Source of the DNA: Candidatus Altimarinota bacterium
GTDB taxonomy: Bacteria; Patescibacteriota; Gracilibacteria; BD1-5; UBA2023
Length of the DNA stretch: 64,000 nucleotides
Direction: 5' to 3'
NCBI GenBank assembly: GCA_043739785.1
Contig: JAYUDN010000024.1
Location: forward strand, 3,535 to 67,534
Below, piece after piece: positions 55,631-64,000 of this stretch. The notes beneath the pieces are model-generated. The model did no database searches, was not told the origin of the DNA, and worked only from the letters and a program-made list of their open reading frames with translations. The position numbers and the translations under genes are program-made. Each line of letters starts with the position of its first letter. Position 1 is the first letter of the stretch.

Positions 55631-56005
55631 ATGCAAAAAGTTATCAAAATTATCTGGCTTGAAACACCAGAAGAGCACGACTATCCAGCCGCAGAGAATT
55701 ATCTGGAACTACTCTTTAGCGAAGATATAGCATATGGATATGTTTCGGCTTTACAAAAAGTAGCAATCAACCATTTCAAAGCAAAAGATATCTTCCGAGC
55801 TTCTGGTCTGAGTCTGCTCGGAATTAGTAACTCTCATGTACGAAAAGACCAGAAGAAAATCGAAAAAGGACTCTCACTCTCTCCACTCCTCCTGGTTCGT
55901 GATCCGAAGTCTTCTCGAGTGATCGTTGCTGACGGATACCATCGTCTCTGTGCCCTCTATCGATTCGATGAGGATGCAGTTATTCCCTGTAAAATAGTCG
56001 GGTAG
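55631..56005 (+). CDS. ParB/Srx-fold (ParB N-terminal-like) domain protein (124 aa)
   Basis: An intact ORF ending TAG. ..PLLLVRDPKSSRVIVADGYHRLCALY.. resembles the DGxHR motif of ParB-like nuclease domains. Confidence 0.45.
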   Translation: MQKVIKIIWLETPEEHDYPAAENYLELLFSEDIAYGYVSALQKVAINHFKAKDIFRASGLSLLGISNSHVRKDQKKIEKGLSLSPLLLVRDPKSSRVIVADGYHRLCALYRFDEDAVIPCKIVG

Positions 56006-56133
56006 GGGACTATGCTCATGAAATAGAGTTTGATGAGAAATAGCAGGTGATTTATGAATATGGTTCACCGAATTGAAATCGAGATTGATTTCCTCTCGAA
56101 GATATGGTAGACTATGCTAGTAACCTCTCTCTT

Positions 56134-56388
56134 ATGAAACGAATCTTCTATATCGCGCTCATGATAGTGTTTTCATTCCTTCTTACGTTTTTTGTGTATT
56201 ACTCGGCTCTCTTTTGCCTGATATTTTATCGTATCGTTCCGATGGACTATATTATCCCCGTCACCGATGCGGCTCGTTCTCCTCTGGCGTACATGCTTGT
56301 TGCATGAGTAGCCATTCTCTGGGGATATCATTTTGGAGTGAAGTGTTGGAAGATCATCTATGTTGACAAGGTGTATAGATTTCGATAG
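56134..56388 (+). CDS. Small hypothetical membrane protein (84 aa)
   Basis: Internal ATG of track ORF 56104..56307 (MKRIFYIALMIVFSFLLTFFVYY..). It reads through TGA 56305 to TAG 56386-56388. Confidence 0.3.
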
Positions 56389-56479
56389 GAAAGAAAATAA
56401 TTTATATGAATCGCGAATAACACGAGGATTGTATTGACTTCATAGATTATATAGTTATATAGATGGAAATAAATTTCCT

Positions 56480-57088
56480 ATGAATACTACTAATGGAACA
56501 GCTGGCAGGGTGAGATGATTGAGAAATGTTACTAAATGAGAATATCTCTATCACTTGCCAAGTGGGAAGTCAGAACCTCATGGAAGTGCGTACAAATTTA
56601 AAGTAGTAGCAGAGATCGCACGAGAGTTGGTAGTCGATATACCAGCAGTTATCAAAGGAGCCATACTGGATCAAAATGATGAAGCAGAAATAATACTCTG
56701 AAGGAAGAGTTCAACTCGGTCTGATTTGTTCAAAAAGTCCTCTTTGGCCGCACTGAATAGAAATGTTATCATTCTTTTGATGCCTATTGTAGAAATCTAT
56801 TTTGCTCTTGAGAATGACGAAAGGATAGACTGACTCGGTATTTCAAAACTCGATATATACAGAAAACTATTTGAAATTCTATTGTGAGAAAATACCAGTT
56901 TTATAGATCTCAAATGAATAACATTGCTCATTGTAGATCAAATCCACGATATCCAAGGCTGGACTCAGCGTCTCATTGCCGAATCACTCTGAGGATCGTA
57001 TCTTCCTATTCAATCGCTAGCAAGGAGTATCCAGCAAGTCGCAATACATAGACAATCTATAATCGATAGCTGACCCTCTGGCCAATAG
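56480..57088 (+). CDS. Hypothetical protein (202 aa), doubtful
   Basis: The frame is open from ATG 56480 to TAG 57086-57088 with 9 TGA codons. It overlaps the antisense 3' extension of rimO by about 190 nt. An ORF of this length could arise by chance when only two stop codons are in use. Confidence 0.3.
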
Positions 57089-58535
57089 ACAAATTCTTCC
57101 CAAGTATAGCATCAACAGATACTTCATCATATTCATCTATTTCTGGAGCGTGGAGCTCAGGACGGATGATGGCAGTTCCCAGTTTTGAGTTTCCGGTTTT
57201 GAGTTCCATAATATAACCGACCTGTATTTTTCACTGTCTTGCGGCTTTCTTCTCTTCGTAGATCGACTCGAGGAGGGGTGTGAGTTTCTCGATGCGAAGT
57301 TTTGCGATATCTTGAGCAACCTTCTCTGGAAGCTTCGAACTCGTCGCAAGTGGCTCATCATGATACTGGAAAATCCCGACCGATTCGAATCGGTATTTTG
57401 CTACGAAATCCATAAGTATCTCGAAATCTTCATCCGTTTCTCCTGGGAATCCGATGATAAATGAGGTACGGATAAATGGAGATACAGTTGAGTGTTGTGT
57501 GTTTAGAGTTGCCAGTTGATCAAAATATGGCCACTGAAGAGACCGAATCTTCTCGATAAAGGCATCGATATGCTCTCGATCATAGTGTCGACCCATCAGT
57601 TTCAGGATCTTTTCACTCGCGTGCTGAAAGGGGATATCGAAATAGGGGAGGAAGTGCTTCAGTTTGGCGAGTTTCGAGAGGTGATCGAGCGTCAAGATAT
57701 CTGGATAGAGGTAGTAGACACGATAGGTGGGATGCTGGGATGCTGGAGTATTATTCGTTTTGATGAAATCATCGATGACTCCATCTATTTTCTCGAGGAG
57801 TTCTATGAGTTTCGCTTCCTCATAGAGATCCGTTCCGTATCGAGTCGTATCCTGGGAGATGATCTGGATTTCCTGGATTCACTGAGCGAGCATGAGCTTC
57901 ACTTCCTCGAGGACGGCTTCGATCGGGCGACTCTGCTGGCGTCCGCGAATCGTCGGGATGATACAAAAGGTGCAGTTATTATCACAACCTTCCGCGACTT
58001 TGAGGTATTCGTATCCAAAAGGTGCATGCATATAGGCACGTACTTCATCTCCACGCCAGACGAAGGCTTTTTTCCCTTTTCCTGGAGCCTCGATTGAGGC
58101 GAGGTAGTTCGTGAGAGTTTTTTCTTTTGATTCTTTATGTGCTTGCTTCGCCTTCACTATAGCTCCGAGATTGAACTTACTCTTCTTCCCAAGTACGAGT
58201 TCTTCGATCACGGAGTAGCTCATAAAGGGGACGATAGAAACGAGGTTCTTGAGAGAAGCGAGGAAGGCATCATCCTTCACACTCACATAGCATCCCATAA
58301 GTATAAGCTTCTTCCCGAGGGCGTCATAGTGAGAAAGGGTTTCCTCAGATTCCTGTCGAGCCGATGAGAGGAACCCGCACGTATTGACGATGACATATTC
58401 CGCCTCCGGACTCTCTGAGTCCTCGACGTACTCGATAGGAGCTCGATCTGAGTACTTCAGTATCTCCCCGATGGCGTATTCGAGGTCGACGAGGTTCTTG
58501 GAACATCCGAGATTGATGGCTGAGAAGGAGAACAT
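56901..58535 (-). CDS. rimO: Ribosomal protein S12 methylthiotransferase RimO (radical SAM MTTase), 3' end uncertain
   Basis: Track ORFs 57879..58634 and 57231..57695 share a frame. Motifs are MFSFSAINLGCSKNLVDLEY.., ..YLKVAEGCDNNCTFCIIPTIRG.. and a TRAM-like tail. The first in-frame TAA lies only at 56901-56903. Confidence 0.8.
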
Positions 58536-58640
58536 AGGTTGCAGTTTAGTGTGTAGAGCATATAGAGCACACATTGGAAATACTATCGTTATGTATTCTG
58601 TAGCGTACTCAGTGCACTTGATGCTGCGCATCATATAAAT

Positions 58641-58672
58641 AAACTTGCAAAAAGCAAGGAGTTGACTATAAG
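58641..58672 (+). promoter_or_regulatory. Repeated 32-nt promoter-like block, copy 1 (TTGCAA-16-TATAAG)
   Basis: AAACTTGCAAAAAGCAAGGAGTTGACTATAAG, 8 nt upstream of ATG 58680. Confidence 0.45.
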
Positions 58673-58679
58673 ATATAGT

Positions 58680-59396
58680 ATGTTAAGAATTAAAAATACT
58701 GCTAGTAAGTATTCTAAAATAAGAAGTTGAGAAATCCGGGGTGACGAACTGGCTCAACTTTTGCAAAAAGTAACACTCGAGATTTCCGAGTTAGCAGACC
58801 GAGTAACTGATTTAGAATACTGAATCTTAGACCAGGTATTACGTCAAGTACTAGCTAGACGACATTTTGACGTTCCTCAAAGTGTTCTTATAGCAGAAGC
58901 TCATAGGCTCTCTAATGATTATAAGAGATCACTTTTTAAGCCATTTGAAGATTTATCTCTTCTTGAACTCAATAAATTTGCATGAATTATAAATAGATGA
59001 TTACTTGATTTTCTCGAAGGATACACATTCCGAATGTGTCTTGAACAATTCCTTGATGCTATGAGGACGCTTTTATGAAACAAAGAACAAATGAATCAGA
59101 GGTATCTATGACTGAGTGAATCCAATTGGTTATTTCTCAAGAATACTGGATTTCTTGGGGAAATTTTTTATAACAGTAAATGATGAATTGTCGATATAGA
59201 TATTATTTTATGAAAGATGCAAATATTACTCAATTTAGTTTTCGAAACCAGCTCAGCTATATCACGTGGAGCCCTTAATAGAATACTTTTAAATTTCAAT
59301 CCTCTCAATGGAGATGCAGTAATCGAAAATTCGGATATTCAATGTATTGTCACAAAAATGAAAACCCTGAAAAGGGAGAACTTATTTGATTATTAA
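58680..59396 (+). CDS. Hypothetical protein (238 aa)
   Basis: The frame is open from ATG 58680 to TAA 59394-59396 with about 10 TGA codons. It is absent from the track. Confidence 0.45.
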
Positions 59397-59426
59397 ACTT
59401 GCAAAAAGCAGGGAGTTGACTATAAG
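59395..59426 (+). promoter_or_regulatory. Repeated 32-nt promoter-like block, copy 2
   Basis: AAACTTGCAAAAAGCAGGGAGTTGACTATAAG has one mismatch to 58641-58672. Confidence 0.45.
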
Positions 59427-59462
59427 TGTATAAGTTTAATAAACCTATTTAAAATACCAAGT

Positions 59463-59669
59463 ATGGACTATAAAACCCTAGTACACACCCAATGAGTTGT
59501 TCCTAAGAGTTGATTCATAGAACATGTGGGTAACCATCTTTCTGGTGTTACATCATTCGAAAAGAGAATGAGAATTTTTGCGCTTTTAAGAGGAGCACCA
59601 CTTACTCCAGTCAAAGTCACTTTCTTCGAAAGGAATCATGGGAGAGGAAGGAGAAAAGGTTTGTATTAA
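59463..59669 (+). CDS. Small hypothetical ORF (68 aa), possibly the 5' part of a frameshifted gene
   Basis: ATG 59463 to TAA 59667-59669. The downstream ORF's frame is already open across this interval. Confidence 0.25.
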
Positions 59670-59734
59670 TTTTCTCAACCTCATTTTTAGTATCATCCAT
59701 CTTTTCGGGATATCTCTTAACATTTATAACCCTT

Positions 59735-60340
59735 ATGAGTACAAATATATTTCAGTTTCAAGATATGGTGTGAATTCCTGTTCATCATGGTCGCGACGTT
59801 ACCTGGACGTGATATACTACTGGGGTTTTGAAAGACATGAATCCACATCGTATATGAGAATGGTCCTTTTGGGATAGATGATTTCAGTGAACTTTATCAC
59901 ATGGCCTTGGAATCTCTGGAAAAAGATATACCGTGTGAATAAATAACGAATGAAAGTATGTATTACTCTGTGACGGTTCTTCAGTGAAGCTCTTACGGTT
60001 TGATGGGAGCTGGGGCGTAGTATCAAATATCTGAAGACAAGTGATGCTTCGCTTAGATGGATCACCGTATGCAGAATCTGTCCATCCCGTAGAGCTTCTC
60101 GGTGGGGAACATACGTTTATGTCTGCCTCTCAGGTCGACTACGCAAATAGGTTTCCAGAACTTATCGTAGTAAAAGATGGAAGGAAGAGGGTTGAATCGA
60201 TCATGGGATGAAAAAATACACTAGATGGAACAGAAAACCCAACGAGAGTAATATTGGAGTCATGAAGATATATCCAACTTCACGATAACTGACTTGATCA
60301 ACTTTCAGTCTTACAAAAGGCAGCGTTACCTCCACAGTAG
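59735..60340 (+). CDS. Hypothetical protein (about 201 aa; start uncertain)
   Basis: The frame is open from 59534 to TAG 60338-60340, with ATG candidates at 59735, 59765 and 59837. ..YVLLCDGSSVKLLRFDGSWGVVSNI-G-RQVMLRLDGSPYAESVHPVELLGGEH.. looks protein-like. Confidence 0.4.
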
Positions 60341-60478
60341 CATCTCCATATATTCCTTCTCCATTTTTGCTGCTTTTTTCCACATTTTCAGTGCGAGTGA
60401 AGTAACTCTCGAACTCTCGAATTCTGATTCTAATAATCCTCTTCGCTTTGAAAAGCGATTATTTATTACACTTACGAA

Positions 60479-61153
60479 TTAGTTCCCAGTTCCAGTCATT
60501 CCAGTACTGGTTTCTCATGTGCTCGTAGTCACGCCGAGGTAACGGTTCATAAAATCCTGAAACATTGTCGTACTTCGGAACATTCCGAGATCGAGGGATT
60601 TATCATCGAGGATCAGGGTTGGGGTTCCTTGGACTCATACCGTATCCCCATCTTTTACGTCCGCAGCAATTCGTCCGGCATAGTTTTTTTGTTCGAGACA
60701 GACATTGAACTTACCCTGATCGAGTCCGAGATCGGTAGCGAGCTTGACGCGATCCGTATCGGTCACTTTAGCTCACATTCTTTCTTCCTCGAGCCCGTAG
60801 ATCGCCTTTTTATACTCGATATACTTTCCCTGACTGTGGGCGCAGAGTGCCGCAAGAGCATCATTGTAGGCATTCGGGTGGATTTTCGTCAGTGGATATT
60901 GCTTGTAAGTGATGAGAAGCTTCTTGTCTTCGGCGAGTTTTTCGACGATGGGTCCGAGTGACTTCGAGAAGTTGATACATGCTGGACACTCATAGTCGAG
61001 GTAGAGATCGAGTTTGTGTTCTCACGATCCGAGCGTCGGAGGAGCGATTTCGAGAGCAACGATACCTCCAGAACCATTTCAGGTTCCAGTATTGATGGTG
61101 GTACAAGCAGTGAGCAAGAGCAGAGTACTCGCGAGGAGAAATATATGTTTCAT
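60479..61153 (-). CDS. DsbA-family thiol:disulfide oxidoreductase lipoprotein
   Basis: ATG 61153. MKHIFLLASTLLLLTAC is lipobox-like. ..LDLYLDYECPACINF.. is a CxxC thioredoxin-fold motif, and ..GVQGTPTLILDD.. follows. Several TGA codons are present. The stop is TAA 60479-60481. Confidence 0.7.
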
Positions 61154-61281
61154 AGTAAAAATAAAGAACCTGGTGATTATAGAAAAAATATGAGAAAAGA
61201 CAAGAAAAATTCTCACCTCTTTTGGAAGGCTTTTCTTTTGTCTTATTTGCTTTTTCGAGCATTTTTTGATATCATAGAATC

Positions 61282-62808
61282 ATGAAGAAAATCCTCCTTC
61301 TCATTTGCCTCTTTTCCCCTTTCCTCTCATATGCAGCGGATGAAGGAGGTTTTGGTGAGAGTATGAGTACGGATTTCTATACCCAGATCGAGCAGTGAAA
61401 CTATACTATCCAGCAGAAGCTCCTCAATACTCGACTCAAGGAGTACAAAGATACCAATGACTTCATATCAAAGTGTGGGATCAATGCGAAGATGAAAAAT
61501 GGAGTTCCACTTTCGAAGATTATAGATAAAAATGGTATTGTTTTTTCAGGTGTCACTTCAAGTGTCGAGGCAAAAGATCTGACGACTGATTCTCTTATTA
61601 TCCTCCTTCGTTGTATCAATGAAACCTATGCAGGAGTCCAGGCAAGTGCTGGAAAACAGGTCGATAATATGAGAAAAATAGCTTCTATCGGAATCTATAC
61701 GGATGGGTCGACGGACAATAGTGACTATGATATTGTTTCAGATATTGCGAAGATCAATGATATTATTTTTACCCAGAAAATCTCATACAATGGGACCAAA
61801 AATATCGGAAAACTCTCACTCTTTGATCTGTTGTCGAATAATGTTCCCATGCTCAATCCTCCGAAGAATGCGCTTCCGAATACGACCTACGCCAATCACA
61901 CCCTTTCTGGCGTAGCTGGCAATACATCTTCTTGAACGAGTGGGGTTCCGGTTACCGTCAATCTTGGGGAAAATCTCGCGGCCGGCTGGTGTGGGACGAG
62001 TGATCCGATTCCGTTTTCGAATCCAGATGGGTCACTCCTTTCTGAGATCGCTTCCCTGACGACATACGGTTCTCAAGATATCTGAAGTAGTGGAGTGGGT
62101 GGTAGGTACGCTGATCCCACAGGCCCAACTTCGATTCCTCGATCTCGACCTACGACACCCGAGCAACCGGATTTTTTCCATACTCCGACTTGTGAGAGCT
62201 TTTTCTGTATCGATATCAAGATGATCCCCGGGACGATGAATCTCCTAAGTGGAGGAAACTCATATTCGATAGAATCACTTCTGAACAAGCGATACAAGGA
62301 AATCAATGAAATCTCACAGTTTGACCTGACCGCGAAGCATATGTCGACCAATTTTTTTGAAAATATTTCGAAAGGACTCTTCAAAGGGAGTGGTCTCAAA
62401 ACCTATCTCTTTGAGAAGCCTCAGCGTACACAAGTACAAAAGAAGGAAGAGCGTCCAGAAGAAGTGATGGATCGACTCTGGCGCTGTGCGGCATCGACCG
62501 CGGGTCTGAGCTCTACCGAGATGGTACAGTCCAATAGCTTTACCGCAGGTGGCTATATGAATACCGAGTGAGCCAGTACGCAGACTATAGACTACCGAAA
62601 GGTACAGTTGAATCCATCGGATGAAGATCTCCTCAATCAGTCGAAGACATGTCTCGAGAACGAAATCAATCTTGCGAGAAAGGACTACTCGAGCTCATTT
62701 TCCACAGATCTCACTGAGATTCAGGCGTTTAGCAATCAGATAATTAATAGCATCCAGAGTATCATCGCCCTCGTGGATCGTATGGAGAAAAAACCTTCTG
62801 AAAAATAA
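61282..62808 (+). CDS. Large secreted hypothetical protein (508 aa)
   Basis: ATG 61282 (MKKILLLICLFSPFLSYA/ADE, signal peptide). Track ORFs 61492..61935, 62095..62571 and 62608..62808 share this frame across TGA codons. Confidence 0.65.
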
Positions 62809-62810
62809 CT

Positions 62811-64000
62811 ATGCACTCACTTCGAAACCTCATTACATTATTACTTCTCAGTCTTTTCTCCTCTTTTGTTGTGTTCTGAGCTGGAGGGTGTGCTATCGAA
62901 TCATGACCAAGTCCTGCCATGGCTGAATACAAAAAAAACGTGACCAAAGTCCTCGAAAAACTCTCTCAGTTGGCATCGACCGCGAGGTGCCCAGCTGGGG
63001 TAGAAGGGCAAGGGAAACGTGCTCTCTCCCGGATAGACGCGAGCTTCAATGAAGGATTTACGATGGCAGATATTCTCGTCGATTTTAGATATAACTTCGC
63101 CCTCATTGGACGAGGGGAAATGCGCCAATCCGTACTCAGAGAGGGGAGTATGATCAAGCAACTCGAAGGAAATATCACGAGTAGACTCATCGCGATGGGA
63201 TCAAACTGTGCGCTCGATGTAGTGGTGGACTCATCAAAACTTCATGAAGGAATGACCGTGAGTCAGAAACTCTCAGGACGTACGGTAGAGGAAGTATTCG
63301 ATGCACTGATCCAGAATAATAAAAATATCGAATCCTTCTATAAACGAATCAGTGTGGGTGACAATGCAGGCTCACCTCAGTTTTCCATAGTTCCGAGTAC
63401 TTTTTCTGATGAGGTGAGTGCCCTCTATCAGCCTGGAGCGGTAGCGACTTGTAATCCTAAAAATGGAGAACTTAGTTGGGAAAAAGTTATTGATAAAGGT
63501 ATGGATATGATTCAACAAAAAGGAAAAGGAACAAAGAAATGACTCGACTCATGGAAATCGGCGCTTGCTCTCCTCGAGAACAATTCGAAGGAAATACAGG
63601 ATCGAGACCTCGCGCGGAATCTTCTCAAGAAAGAGCTTCAGAATCAAGGTATCGGTGGTACAGCTATATCGGTGACATTTTTCTCACTGGCCGCTTTCGA
63701 TGCCAATACGGGAAACAATTCGAAAGATAGCGAAGCGGATAAAACGCTCAATCAACGTACGAAGAATACAAGTACGAATCTCGGAAGTCGTGTCGATACG
63801 TTTTTTGGCTCTCTTCTGCCGAAATCAAAAACGACGGATCAGTGGATTACTCGTCTCAATAATATCAAGACTCAAAAAATACAAGCGGTGCCTATACTCG
63901 AGGAATACCAGGTGGCAAAATCCCTCCTCTGAGAGGAAGCAGCACTCGATACCAAAATCATCACGGATCTCGTAGATCTTCATATCAAACTTTCCCAGAT
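62811..64000 (+). CDS. Secreted protein or lipoprotein-like hypothetical protein, 3' partial
   Basis: ATG 62811 lies 2 nt after the previous stop. MHSLRNLITLLLLSLFSSFVVF-G-AGGC... Track ORFs 62919..63542 and 63672..63932 share the frame, which is still open at the window end. Confidence 0.6.

Overview
This window only makes sense under translation table 25, where TGA encodes Gly. That code is used by the candidate phyla SR1/Absconditabacteria and Gracilibacteria. Every conserved gene that the standard-code ORF track splits rejoins in the same frame across TGA. Where the protein family is well known, the TGA sits at a conserved glycine. All gene ends I could place use TAA or TAG. Read this way, the window is a gene-dense chromosomal segment. 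The core genes are dnaN, pheS, an F1Fo ATP synthase operon (atpB-E-F-H-A-G, then atpD-C after a 4.4 kb interruption), a malic enzyme, terC, moxR, tgt, rpoB-rpoC, ung, murB, ybeY, rimO, tRNA-Gly(GCC) and tRNA-Phe(GAA). Between them lie visibly AT-rich, TGA-rich blocks of hypothetical membrane, secreted and coiled-coil proteins, most of which the supplied track does not show. The most unusual observations are these. (1) Repeat-containing, TGA-rich segments sit in frame inside conserved regions of Tgt and Ung, with a smaller one in MoxR; their sequence resembles intergenic repeat elements in the same window. (2) Related 7-8 nt tandem repeats occupy G-poor leaders that lack a Shine-Dalgarno motif. 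(3) A ThiF/E1-like gene plus a permuted papain-like (YiiX/C92-like) gene lies in the block that splits the atp operon. (4) An accessory block on the minus strand (42.2-48.3 kb) holds a DUF2130 nuclease-like gene, a 571-aa coiled-coil protein, a RhuM fragment, a MarR gene and a paralogous pair carrying a fresh 108-bp tandem duplication. (5) Both tRNA genes are followed by a short duplication of their own 3' end. I saw no rRNA, CRISPR array, transposase, integrase or reverse transcriptase. All functional calls rest on motif recognition by eye, not on database searches.
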